Origin: the human T2T-CHM13v2.0 reference genome, Homo sapiens | Direction: 5' to 3' (one strand) | Length of the DNA: 64,000 nucleotides | Assembly (NCBI RefSeq): GCF_009914755.1 | Contig: NC_060928.1 | Part shown: piece after piece, positions 48,270 to 62,289 of the stretch | Layout: each line of letters opens with the position of its first letter | How positions within the stretch are numbered: the first letter of the stretch is position 1 | Notes under the pieces: generated by a model | Seen by the model: only the letters and a program-made list of their open reading frames with translations | Database searches by the model: none | What the model was told of the DNA's origin: nothing | Translations under genes and position numbers: made by a program

Positions 48270-49063
48270 TGAAATGGGAGAGTTCCCTGATCCCCCTCTC
48301 AGGACTTGCAACAGGGGAGTGGCTTGGCTATTTGGTCACCACTGCTGCTCAAAACCCTTGAGGGAGAGGGATCATGCAGACAGGTGGGTGCAGAGGCTGG
48401 AGCAAGCACTGTGTTCTCTGGTCACACGGCAGTGTCTTGGGGTGGGTGCCTGCAGCCACAGTGTTAACTGATGCTCTCTTAGCCTTGCTGTCTGCAGATG
48501 ATTTTAAGTGTTAACCAGCTCAATGGACCCTCTGCCTTTTCGCAAGCGCAGAGAGCCAGTGTGACAGCTTTCAGTATCCTGAGCTCTTACCCACCGTCCT
48601 GGAAGAATCAGGTCACACACGGGCTTAAAGGATGAATGCAAGGTTTTTATTGAGTGGTGGAGGTGGCTCTCAGTGCGCTGGATGAGGAGGCAGAAGGAGG
48701 GGATAGAATAGGAAGGTGATCTTCCCCTGGAAACTGGCCAGTCTCCAAACCTCTCCCTAACTGCCCCCAGCTGAACTCCTCTTGGTATTCAGACATTCCT
48801 CTTCTTTCTCTGCTGTGTCGTTCTACTATCCATCTGTTTGACTCCTCATTTCCTCACCTGCTCATCTGCTTCTGGAGCGTGGGGTTCGGGATTTATATGG
48901 GTACAGGATATGGGGCATGGCAGGCCAAAAGGCAACTTTTTGGGTGTGACAACAGGAATGCCTGTCCTCATTTAGGGCCATGGTTTTTCAGGCTTGAGGG
49001 TGGGGCCTTTGCTGGGGAACTGCCCTTTTCTACCCTGTATTTCCCTGTCTCCTGTCCGTATCA
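48270..49063 (-). mobile_element. LTR1-family solo LTR (ERV1)
   Basis: Reverse complement starts 'tgatacggacaggagacagggaaatacagggtagaaaagggcagttcccc' and ends 'ggatcagggaactctcccatttca'. About 790 bp. Confidence 0.85.
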
Positions 49064-49743
49064 TTTGCATGCTAGGCATACAATTAAGAAAAACTTGGTA
49101 AGGGTAACAATGAATATGAGGACTAAGTTAAGGTTAAGGCTTGAATATAGGTTATGTTTTCTGTGATAAAATTACATTTAAGGACTTAAATCATGAAGCT
49201 AATGAAGACTTCTTCCTGATGCACGTGGACACTGCCATCAACTGCCATCTTACCCAGGGCAAATGTAAGATCCAGTGTAAATGGTTCCTGGTTTAGAACT
49301 TTCATTGTTAAAATTGATTGGATCAATAGCTGGCACATGATATGGGATAAGTGAAAGAGAAAATGAACATTCTATAAGACATGGAGTCACTATGTCTCTA
49401 GCAATATGAAGAGTAGAAGAAAGTGATAACTGCTGACTACTGATACCTCTCAAAAATGCCTAATGGGTAAATTCATTCATGAGCAAAAAATTCACCTCTC
49501 CGTGTTTCCTAATTCCTACTTATAGAAAGGGGAGCATATCCTAAGATATGAATTATCATATACCAGATATAAAATTCAATGCTTCCCCAAAAGTAAGCAT
49601 TCAAAAAAGTTTGCTTTTGGTATTCCCTTATGTTTCTTACTAATTACAAAAACTTCATTAAAACTTTTTTCTTTTGATTTTCAGTTATACAAACTATAGT
49701 TTAAAAGACCTCTTCACCTCAGAGGATTAAGAGTGGTGAAAGT

Positions 49744-50169
49744 GGCCTGGCACGGTGGCTCATGCCTGTAATCCCAGCACTTTGGGAGGCCGCGGCGGGT
49801 GGATAACGAGGTCAGGAGATCGAGACCATCCTGGCTAACAGGGTGAAACCCCATGTCTACTAAAAATACCAAAAAAAGGCCGGGCACGGTGGCTCATGCC
49901 TGTAATCCCAGCACTTTGGGAGGCTGAGGTGGGCAGATCACGAGGTCAGGAGATCAAGACCATCCTGGCTAACACGGTGAAATCCTGTCTCTACTAAAAA
50001 AATACAAAAAATTAGCCGGGTGTGGTGGCGGGTGCCTGTAGTCCCAGCTACTTGGGAGGCTGAGGCAGGAGAATGGCGTGCACCCGGGAGGCAGAGCTGG
50101 CAGTGAGCCGAGATCACTCTAGCCTAGGCGACAGAGCGAGACTCTGTCTCAAAAAAAAATAAATAAATA
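49744..50169 (+). mobile_element. Trimeric AluY (left arm 49744-49877 plus full AluY from 49878)
   Basis: Two consecutive left monomers then one right monomer. One TSD a(g/a)agtggtgaaag flanks the whole unit; 10-bp deletion in the right arm. Confidence 0.93.
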
Positions 50170-53100
50170 AAGTGGTGAAAGCAGGTTTTTAAAGCTGCTT
50201 GTCCATTGGAAAAAGTATTCAATAATTTATAATGTTTGTATTAATTAACAAATGAACTTTATAATATTTATTTAAATGTATATTTACTTATTTACCTGTT
50301 AATGGTGAAACAAAATTGTACTATCTGTTGTAGAAAATTATATTCACTATAAGAAACTTTTAATATTAAGTGCTAAGTACAGAATTGGAATCACAATTCT
50401 TTTCTAAAGTATTATCTATGCATATGCTTGCCTTCAAAATATCTTATTTATAGTACAGGAAGTTGTTTAAATTTTACACAAGACATTTCAAGAAAATATA
50501 AAGATAAAAGAAACCTCTAAGAATGGCATAGCAAGCCAAAATTCTTACTTTTTTACATAGTTGCTCTCCTTTCTGAATTTTGCTCCAGATAACAAGACAC
50601 TGGAGTAAAAAAAAAAAAAAGTGTGTAAGACTTCAATTTCATTGTCACAGAAGTTATTAAAAGAAATAAAATCTTGTGGGTTTTATTGTTTTCAGGTTTT
50701 GAAACTTCCATCCAGTGGGTATTGTCCTACTTTTAAATTGGTTCAAAATAGGATCATCAAGGTATCTAGATATCCATGGCAAAGAATCAGCTCTTTTCTA
50801 ATCAATGTAAGTCAATCATTGAGTTATTGATTGAAATAGTTCACAGTTAATTTTATTCACTCACTATTAGGACAGCTGGAGAAAACAAATCAATCCCTTC
50901 TTTAAGTCTCTATCCTATCAGGACCATCTTCCACAAAGAAAGGGAAAAGGATGGCCAACTTCTTGTTCAGGCCACATAATAGCCTTTTTCTTTCTCTCTC
51001 TGGAAAGTGTTGTGAGTTGATATAAATAAGCTACTCTTTTCATAGTCTGTAATTCCTCTTGTTAAATGACATTAGTCATATTTATCCCCTTTTGTTTAAC
51101 AGACAAATAGAAATTCAGAGATATGCTTGTATTTTTCCTGCACATAATTTCAAATAAAATCAGTAATTTTCAAGAAATATTTTGGTTAGAAATTTTGTTA
51201 GTATAAACTATCTGTGAAAAGTAAGTCCAATATACCTAGCAGATAAAATACTACTTGGTATATTGTAATTAAGTGGTAATTGTTGTTAGGAAGGAAGCTT
51301 GTCCATCTTCTGACTCTTGTATCCCCAAATGCTGAGAGCATATTACTGCTCTGTAATGATATTCAGAATTAAATAATCAATATTTTTGGATAGAAGAGCC
51401 TTGGTTGTTCATAATTTGAAAACAGTATGAATCAAGTTTGTCAAAATGTACTTGATATGTATGGCTGATCTGATAGAGCTTGATCTTATCATGACAGAAT
51501 ATTAAATTTTCGTAACCAGTTTTTCCAGGGAGAAGTAAAGAGTAGGAAGACTCAATGAGGATTTTAATTCACTGAATTTCAGACATTTCTTCCTGGAGAG
51601 AAACCTGTCTCTTCTGGAATGAGCACTGGTTCTCAGGAACTCACACAGGTCTTTTCTGTTTGGTACAGATGCTCAGATGGGAATATCCAAGGTTTAACCT
51701 ACAAATCTTAGGACAATAACATAGGAACTGTTAATTCATATGCTTGGACACATGAGAAGTCTGAAACTATGCCATTAACTTTAGATAAATGATACTTTTT
51801 AAGTGAAGAGAAAAATAGTGGTCATTGTGGTGGATGGTAGTGGTGGAAAAAATGAGAAAATTCTCTTTCCTGGAATAGAAAAATGTATGGTTCAATGTAA
51901 CATATGTATGGGACTTAATAGTATACCAGTTACATTATAGCATAGAATAAATTTATGTGAAAGCAAAGAGAGTAGAATATATAAGGCACTTTGGAATAGG
52001 GAATCAAAGTTTACTTTAAGCATGTAAATTTCCTAATGTTTTGTTGATAAATAACAGACTTTTTTTCTTTTTTTATTGGTTTGTTTTGCTTTTAGTCAAT
52101 TCTATTTTCTTATTTATTTCCACCACAACAGTAAATATTTCATCAAAGCAGTAATACTTCTTCATATTGAAAAATTAAATAGACTGTCACAAATTTTAAC
52201 ACAGTATCAATACCCACAATATTAACCAAACATTTTGCTATACTAAAAATAAATCACAAAATAGAAATATTAAGTTAAAATGTAACATTGCAATAGAATC
52301 TACCAGAATAAACATCTGCTTCATTCTACTTAACTATGTTTACTGAAGGATAACTAAGGTTACAGTTTTAATCCTTCCCCATTTTTGCCAGCTTTTATGT
52401 ATTTATCATACCTTTTTTTTACAACCATGACAACTCTGTTATTTGAGAATTTTACCTTTTGGAGCGATTTTGTGGTCTGTTTCCAAACAGTTATCCAGCA
52501 GCACCTGTACATCAACTAATATGTGCTTAGAATGCAGAATGGAAATATCAAATAATCATTTGATAATGAAAATAATTCTTCCTTTTCTGAAGTACTAATC
52601 TAGCTAATACCCATTATAGCAGACTACATTTATATTTCTTGGAGACCCTCCGTCCCTTCTTGAGTCAAGCAAGGACAAAAGGTCCTTCATTATTTGTTAA
52701 ACCTATTACATCATATATAGTATCTTCACAGGTAGTTAAGATAACAGGTAGTCTAAAGGTAGGTTCATCAGATTCTGTAATGAGCAGTTGGTTGAATTCT
52801 GTAGACAAATCATTATTAAATTAGACAATATATATATTACTTCATCTGTGGTACAAACCTAGTAATTAATTGCAATCCATAAATTTAGTTACATCAATCA
52901 TTTATTGTAAACTTACACGGGTAAATTACAACAAAAATCCTGGAAATTCATAAATTATCACTTTGCCTGGTGTTCACTCTTTTGCATGTAGTGATTTTTT
53001 TTACTTGTGTTTAATAGGAGTTTTGCTGGTGGTTAAGTATATATTTCAATGGTCCGTGTAAAGGAAACAACAGTAGACAAAGAAAATTGTATTTCTCGGC

Positions 53101-53969
53101 TGACTGTATTGTCTTTCCTGAGGACCCTCATCATAACAACTTTTTCTCTGGTGGTAAGAATTAAAAATCAGTGAATGTCTGATCAGTGAATGGAAGCCAG
53201 TCTCTGTTGTAAAATCTTCCAAGTGTAGCTGACACCAGTTTCTTCTTCCTCTTAACTTTTTTCTAAAATTATAGATATTACTCCAAAGCTATCCAATGAA
53301 ACATGGTCTTGTAGGTCTCTTCCTCCCACTCTGCTTTGGATTGTAAATCTATTGAGGACCAAAACAGATTTTTATTTTTGTTATATCCCCAATAACACTA
53401 TACATGGCATAAATGATCAATAAGTTTGTAAAACCCCTTCATATCAAGGCAAATTTGATAGAAAGTATACAAATATGATAGCTGTTATAATGTCAGAAAC
53501 TGAAGAGATAATGATTCACCAAAAATGTGAAAAAGTTGTTAATGTACAGAATTATTTGCCTGCAACAAGCTTGTAATTATACACAAAGGAGCAGTAGCTT
53601 GCTTCCCTTCTAATTATTAAATCAAAGATGTATGATTTTGCTAGAATGCAAAATGGCAAGTTTAAGGACTCCAGTTATTCTCAATTTGGGCCTTTCAATT
53701 CTTTGGCAAACATTAATCATCTTTTCCCTAAGATTTCAAGGAAGCAAGCTATCCATTTTAGCCTCCATAGTTTCAGGCACAATGGATTGTATATTTTAAT
53801 ATGACAACAATCTTCTAATTATTTCCATTTCCCACTATAATGTCAGCTCCAAGAGAGAAGAGATTTTTTTTAATTCCATTACTTGCTGCTTCTGTGGGGT
53901 CTGTAACAGCGTAAGAGCTCAATGAACATTTCTTAGAATCATGAATCAAAATAAAGATGCAAATTATCA

Positions 53970-54195
53970 TATGGCTAAGATTGCAAGTTTTGAAGTCAGA
54001 TGTCCTGGATTGACCTATCCACAGCAAATGTGGTCATGTTACTAGTCACCAACCTTGCCTCAGTATCTTCCTCAGTAAACTTTGGATGGTAATAGTATGA
54101 TCTTCATGGCGTTGTTATGAGGATTAAATAATTAATTCCAAATAAAGTGCCCAGAAGAGTTATCTGCACATAATATGCATTCAATAAGTGTAAGA
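53970..54195 (+). mobile_element. MIR
   Basis: 'gcctcagtatcttcctcagtaaa...gttgttatgaggattaaat...aaagtgc...gcacataa...tcaataagtgt'. Confidence 0.75.
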
Positions 54196-54559
54196 GCTTA
54201 ATATATTAATATAATTTAAAATTCAAAACTTTTTATAGCCAAAATTACAATTCTTTCTGATTTGAGAGCCTGTGCTCATTCTACTAAACCTTTCTGACCA
54301 CGCAGAACATTACACTTTATGCAGAATACAGTTTTCTCGAAGACAAGTAATACATGAGCACAAAGAGAAAAGCAATTGCTTTCTTTAAGCAGCACATACA
54401 TTCATACTATTAATTTAGTACAACTCAGGCTTAAACCTCAATTTTGAGAAAATCACTGAGTGTAAGAATTGCCTTTAAGTTATGAATTGGTTAGTTGTAA
54501 TTGTTAGAATATTAACAATTCTATGATTGTTAGAACAATAGAAATGTAACATGACCCTT

Positions 54560-54720
54560 GAGGTGGGTGGCTCTGTCTGCAGAGCACAGCCACCGCTGGA
54601 TTTCTCAGCAATGCTGCTGGCCTTCTATCCAGTGCTTTCCTGATGCCCTTGGTGATTAGATTGTCCTCTGGGTCCTCCCTGGAACATAATTCTCTCATAA
54701 GTGTTATGGCCTCACCTAGT
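54560..54720 (-). mobile_element. ERVL-type internal (gag) relic
   Basis: ORF 54504-54851(-) contains EDPEDNLITKGIRKALDRRPAALLRNPAVAVLCR, similar to the recalled ERVL gag motif EGPEDTPFTKALRNALVRGAPASLKSSVVALLCR. Confidence 0.6.
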
Positions 54721-55811
54721 ACATACATTTCAGGATGTCCACATCTGAGCTTTTTTTTTACTTTCTCTGCCAGGTCAACACAGGTATTTTCACTGCCCTG
54801 ATTTTGGGTTATCAATTTATTTAGGCTTCTAAGAAGCTGCGTTAGCAGCAAGGTTGCCTCATCCTCAGGCCCTTGCCAGAGCGTTAAATCCCTGTTCTGA
54901 AAAAGTGCCTCAAGCCAATGAATTTTTCTTTAGCTTAAAAATTTTATTAAAAGTTCTGGTTAATGTTTTAATTCTCAAGACAGATTTCCAATGAATCACC
55001 CTGAAGTAGTACCTGCAATGACGTTGCACACACTATTCTCTGCAATCAGCTGTGCGAAGACAGCTCACTGTCACTCCTCTTCGTCACTAAAGGGTGAGTT
55101 TGACACTAATACATTTTTAAGAACTGTTGTATAAAGTTGTTAAAGTTTGACTATATTTTCCAAATCCCAACCAAAGTATTCATGTCTCTGCATTCTTACT
55201 CGCTCTGGGAATAAGGAAAATAGTTTTTCTCTGCACCAAAAATATATTTGATGAAAACAGTTGTGACCAATTATCCTTCAGTTGCTATTCCCATTGCTCC
55301 TCTAGTTACCCCAGATGATTGTGTTTAAAGTTGAGCTTTTTGTTGTTTTATTGATTTTGCTTCCCTTTTAAATAATTTATGGTGGGTGAGACATAACCAT
55401 AGATATGTTATGATATATCTGATTTCATATATTATACCCCATTAGACAGAAATTCATCAATCTTGTGTGTGAAATGGAAAAATCCAATACCAAACTTGAG
55501 GCAATATCTTTTTCCTTACTCTGAATTATGACTCATCACCGTCAGATTAATCTTTCTAAACTGTTATGCAAACATGCTTTCTATTTTTATATGTTTTGGG
55601 GTGTATAGTATAAATATGCTCATATATACATTGATATATGTAAGTATATGAAGCCTCTGTTCATACTTGTATGTAAGTGCAAAGGGTAACTTTGTGATAA
55701 AATTTATTAAAATTAATTATGTTTCTTGCAAAGTGTAAAATTTTGGTGGGTTTTTTTTTTTTGTTTAGTATCACTTTTTAAAATTGCCTATGCATTATTT
55801 GAACCAATCCT

Positions 55812-55943
55812 CAGGTAACCATATAATTCATCATCCAAAGCAAGACTTCACTGAGAGTAAAAGAGGGCACTTTTAATATATTTGCTGGGAAAATGGCATG
55901 AAAGTAGACCACCCTGGATAAAAAAGCATGTACCTTTGGCCTA
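55812..55943 (-). mobile_element. MER94-like hAT MITE
   Basis: 'aggtaaccatataattcatcatccaaagc...tgagagtaaaagagggcact..taat...gctggga' matches the recalled MER94 reverse complement. Confidence 0.7.
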
Positions 55944-58421
55944 TTTAATCCTCATGAGGGATTCTCGTTCAGAGAAACAAGTAAAGGCAGTTGACCAGCT
56001 GTGGATCACACAACTTCTAATTGTTAGGTTTCAAATTCAATTCCTGTGTTTTCAATTATTTCTTCTTGCATAACATCTTGCCTGGTTCTAATCAATATGG
56101 CCAGGAATGCTCTTTGCTCACTCTTTCAACAAGTTGACATAGACTTGCTGTGAATTTCTCTTGTGACATTTATCTTACTTTACTTGTGTTATCGATATCT
56201 GCATACTTTTCTTATCTCCATTTCTAAATTGTGTGTAAAACACCTATTTCGAATATAACATTTAACCTTTCATTGTGTCTTAATTATCTACTGCTTAAAT
56301 TACCCCCCAAACTTCACAACACTAAGCAACAAATATTTAGCCCCTTTTTTTCAAGAAAGCTAGCACATGTTTGCAGTTGAATCATTTTCTAAGCCTGTTT
56401 TCTGGGAGTTCAATGACCCCCTTTCATTCTGTACTGTCTTTCTCACTTACAGTGCAAGCTGGTGGCTGATAGTGTTTCTGATGATATAATTCTCCCAAAA
56501 AAACTCTCCGGCCTTTTGTGAATCTGAGTTTTATTCTGTCAGTCAAAAGCTACACCCACAAATCCTTGAAGGGTACTAGCTTTCTATTTAATTTAACAAT
56601 CCTATATCAATATTATGTCTTTCAGGGACTATAAATACTTCTGTCTTATCTATAAATTTATGAATCAGTTTTACAATCCTATTGTTTTCATCATTAATTA
56701 AATAAATTGTTGACTCATCCTCTCTCAACTTGTAAAAGAATCAAGTCTTTAAATGTTTTGAAAATTATATTTTGAGGATAGATTAAGTCTGAGAAAACAA
56801 TAAGATTTCTATCATCAACATAATTTTGTTGGTGATGATGATGGCATATCTTTTTATTTTGAAATTATGTTTCAATAAAGTTTATAAATGATGAATAGAA
56901 ATGAATGTCAGTAGAAGACAATAGGATACATAATCTGCCTTAGACAATGGGACCTCTAGGATAAATAATCTGCCTTAAGTAAGCAGGTAACTGGCTGGCT
57001 AAGCAGGTTTTTTCTTTCTCTTCACAAAATATCATAAAATTGCTCAGTTAAAAAAAAGTTGATAGACCTTGTTATTAGAACAGTACAGCTGGCTGGAACT
57101 TTTTGCTGGAACCTTTAAATATTTAAATATTCCATTTATTGGACTGTATAGTGAAGAATTCAAGTCTCCATGGGAGGTATTAAAGATTAATACAATTTTT
57201 TTTTGCTCTGTGTAATTTAAATTTCATATTAAGGAGAAACCTTGTCATCTTCTTATTTAATCAAGAAGGCCATTAATTGAGGATCAAGTAGATGAATTAG
57301 CTAACTTACTTATCTGGAGAGAGACCATAGTAAGAAATGAGAAATCAAATATCATCACTTCCAGACTGACAGAAGCCCCTCTTGTATTTCAGATATGCAG
57401 AGCATACAAAGACTAGAATAAACTTTGATTTTCTACAAGTGTAGGTAATATCCAAAAAAAAAAAAAAACCCACGGTAGGCTCAATTTTATGGCATTTTCT
57501 GTGCATTGGAACAATTTCAGCAAAAACTCAGGCTCTCAAGCTCAATGACAATCAATGATACTGAAAAAAAGTCACATATTATGAAATTCACTTTGGCAAA
57601 CAGTAATCTGATAAAACAGAAATCTCTAAAAGAGAAAGCTTTTTGTAGAACTAATTCTTACCTTAATTTTATTATATAGGGATAAAGGTGCCATCATCTA
57701 CAGTTTAAGTAACTTATATAACCATTTTATCTTCAGACTACTTTCTAAAAAGTTTACTTGAGAAATTCAGAAAAATTTAAACACATCAACTGTTTCTGAT
57801 ATCCTTTATGCTTGCTTGCCCTTCAGTCATGTTCCAACTCCAGAGTGTGCATAGCCTTTAATCCAGTGTAATAAATCATGAAATGATTTTTTCTCAGCAA
57901 GACAAAAGGGACATTACTTGAAATGTTAGCATGGCATTGGAATAGTGGGGAAGGCTGATGCAATTATCCAGAAGGTCTGTTTATTCCTTCTTCATTCCTC
58001 TGTACCTGAGGAAAAACATTATTATTCAGCACAGTTAGCTCTAGCATTGCATCAAGAGTGAGATTAGAAAATACTGATTTATAAGGAGAATTGTAGCTGG
58101 AATATGAAATTCAGATAAACAAAATGACTTAAAGCAAAATGACTTTTAAATTTTTTGTCATGCTACTCTAGTCTGTTTCTTGCTATCTATGCTTAAGTTA
58201 TCTAATAATTAATATTAAGAGTTCTGCTATTTATATCTATATCAACTCCCACCCCAAATATATAACTTTATATTCAGTTGCTGTTTCATCTTTGAAGCAA
58301 GAGAATTCTAATATGTAGGCAAACAAATCATGCTGTCGCATGACAAATGTGCCATAGAACATTAGGCCCCACGTCCTGGGAGGGAAATAAATAGCCTTTG
58401 AAGGGTACAGTGTTCTTATAG

Positions 58422-58791
<370 letters not shown>

Positions 58792-59776
58792 TACCTTTTC
58801 AATATAAGTAAAGTTTACTGGGCTTCCTTGAAACACATACATTCAAATTTCTTGATTTCATTTATTTTGTAAAAGTATACCAGTCAAATAAAATACTACA
58901 GATTGGAATCCATGTGAGCAGAATGCAATACAAATCTTGCTGCTACAAGGGTGCACTCCTTTGCACACGTGCTCTTGGACCTTTCCTGTCTTTCAGATCA
59001 CATGTTTTGAGATGCAGAATAATTTATTAGTTAGCAGAGCAATGCCATATTACCAATATGACTGATTTGAATTGAAAAATCAAAGTATTTTGTATTGCCC
59101 TTAAAGTAATCTGTTGAAAGAGACAGACGGTAAAACAGGTGTAGGGGCTCATACAATAGACATATGCAGACTTTCTCTGCACACTAATTACAACACAAAA
59201 TGCCAACGAGCGAAAAATAAAAAAAAATGAACAAGGATTTAAAATACCTGAGGAGCATTTTAGAAATTATAGTATTTAATCCTGGTAAGCAGGAAGCTGT
59301 AATCAGTCTATTTTACTATATACTTAAGCAGGGTAATAACCATTGTGAGCCATTTGATTCTCCAGACAAATGATAATTCCTCTAGTACATCTTCTAATCC
59401 CTTTTGATAAGATGATCCCCAAGTTCTTTAAAGTATATTTTCTTTTTATAAAGGAGACCTGGATTAGAGTCACGGATTCCTAGCTTCAACTAGGCCAACT
59501 TTCCTCCCACAGAAGGAGGGACAAATTTAAAACATTCTTTTTAAGGTGTATTATAACTAGTCGACTTAACGTTATTCAGAAATGTTCAGAATTATATACA
59601 GAGTGGTGATATTTTTAATAAAAATAGCGTATGTTACAATTTTAAAGTTCATCTGTGAAATCGATAGTTATGAAATGTTTTTCATCATATTTCAAATTTT
59701 GACCATTAAACTTTCCTATCAAGAACTACATATAAAAGCTCTCTTACGTTTAAGCTGTTTTTAAAAGTAAACATTG

Positions 59777-60134
<358 letters not shown>

Positions 60135-60382
60135 TCACTAAAATACCATAAATTAAATTTGTATATTATTAATTATAGTTTTCAAGCTAGAATTAGTAAG
60201 AACACTGGTACCTATTTTTGAATCTTAATGAGATACCCAGCAAAGTGCCAAGGTTATTCTTTGGTAAATATGAACAAGATATGAAATATGAAAGCACCTG
60301 AATTTAAGATAAATAAACCTTAGAGGTCACTGGGTCGAGCCTCTTTAATTTGCACAGGAAGTTTAAACTGGGAAAGACATAG

Positions 60383-60428
60383 ATATTTAAATATCCAGGC
60401 ATTTAAATATTTAAATATCCAGGCATTT
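60383..60428. repeat. 24-bp tandem duplication
   Basis: atatttaaatatccaggcatttaa followed by atatttaaatatccaggcattt. Confidence 0.9.
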
Positions 60429-61174
60429 TCCCAGCACTGGTAATAAAGGCCAAACCCCTCAATGATGAATATATGTTGCAAGTCGTTTTGATCTGATAGC
60501 AAACATGCTGATTCATATTTTCTATTGACTAATCGACATGACATTGCATTACATACTAATCTAAAGGAAAGGCATTCTGAATCACCTCCTTTGTACAGGA
60601 GCAAATCTGGACTTGCAAGGAGATTTGCAAATATGAGCTAGTGCTAACACTGCTAAATCTAGTACCTAGGAAGTTAGGAATGAAGAGCAGACAGATCTTG
60701 TCCCTGCCTTGTTAACACTGAAATATCAAAGCAAGTCCTCAAGGATCTTACTTGCATTAAGGGCCTTTTGGTCTTGTGATGGGGAGGAAACTGAGGCAGA
60801 GCCTTCTGAACTGGAAATGGGAACTCAAAGTATGATGATTAGGGTCCCATGATAAAAGAGGGTTAAAACATCTTTAGTTCTTCAGAAATATGCTCTAGGG
60901 CTATAGGAAATGTTCCCACAGTTAGATGGAAGTGAGAGGGCACTATAAGGATCTAGAGGAAGGTAAAGTAAATAGCATTTATTTAGAACTTACTACATGT
61001 CAGACACTAAGCTAGATTGCTTGCATTAAAATATTTTCTCGACTCCTCGAAATTCTATGAAGTAGATATTTTTCTCTGAATGTGTGAGTTCCTTTGAGAA
61101 GAACACACATAGAATACATACGTTTATTAGTGGGTAGGAAAGATTTCTACTCCAACCCTAACGGAGCCCAAATC

Positions 61175-61390
61175 AGCTATGGTTATAGAATAGTGATAAA
61201 ATGCACTTTCCAGAGCCAGACTAGCTGGGTCCAATGCTGGCAGGCCAGCTGAATGATAGAGAGAAGTCACTTCCTGTAAGCATTAGTTTTATCTGCTGTA
61301 AGACAGAACTGATAGAGTGTTTGTGGAAGTGAAACCAGGTAATGTGGGTGCAGATCTTAGCCCAGTGCCAGGCATCCAGTGAGATCTCAG
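61175..61390 (+). mobile_element. MIR fragment
   Basis: 'atagtgataaaatgcactttccagagccagactagctgggtccaat...aagtcacttc...cttagcccagtgccaggca'. Confidence 0.55.
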
Positions 61391-62289
61391 CCCCCAGATC
61401 TTGCTTGTATTATACATCTTTCCAGCAGATGGAGCAATAAACCTATAAAAGCAGGGTTCTTGAGGGACCCAAAGGCCCAATCTCCTCAGAGGGACAATGG
61501 GAAATGTTACAACTTAGGGAAACACTGTTTCCTCTTGGAGAAAGCATTATGATGGCTCATAGCAAACAGTTTGGTTTGGAGCCAACTTCAGAAGACCCAG
61601 AAAACCAGTACAAGATCTGGGGACCTCAGAAATCTGTAAGAGGAACACTGATATATGGAAGGCCAGCAACCCTGACACTGGGGACCAAAATAGCCAGTGT
61701 TGAGTCAGCCGAGTAGGGCTGCCTGCAACATTTTCTCAGCTCATCACAAACTTCCCAATGTGGAGGAAACTGAACTCCTGAGGCAAGATGGGGGAATAAT
61801 AATGATAACAGCTAGCACAAATGTTATCATCTCAGAATAGTGTCCTAAGTTAGAAGGAAACTGAGTGGTTAAGTAGCCTTCCCAAGGTCTCAAAGTTAAA
61901 AGTGATGAAGCTGAGAGTCTTACTCATTATGGGTTTCTATGGAGGTCCAGAGACACCATCTTAGCTCCCTGGTGCTCTCCTGTGTCCCAGTGAAAGAGTG
62001 TCTTAGTCTCCCCAGGGGTCATGGCTTTGAAAAGGAGAGTGTGACACGGAAGAGGAATCTTGTTTTTATAATTTTCTGTCTCAAGTTTCTTCAGGGTCCC
62101 TCTACAATAAAGGTACAGAAGATTATTCTCTATATACCCCAACCTCTTTGTCCTTCTCCAGCCTCACCCCAAAAGTGTTTTTGTTTGTTGTTTTTGTATA
62201 ATTGTGCTTCAGAGTTATGTTTAGAAAGTTCTTCAATGGAAACAAAAAAACAAAAAAGATTTGTTGATGTTTGTATCATTGAGTTTCAG

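Noticed and set aside
54504-54851. 115-aa ORF as a gag-derived gene
   Set aside because: Only about 35 aa resemble ERVL gag, the start is non-ATG and no gene structure is evident.
56922-56977. Repeat-spacer-repeat resembling CRISPR
   Set aside because: Only two copies, a 14-bp spacer, no cas genes, primate DNA.
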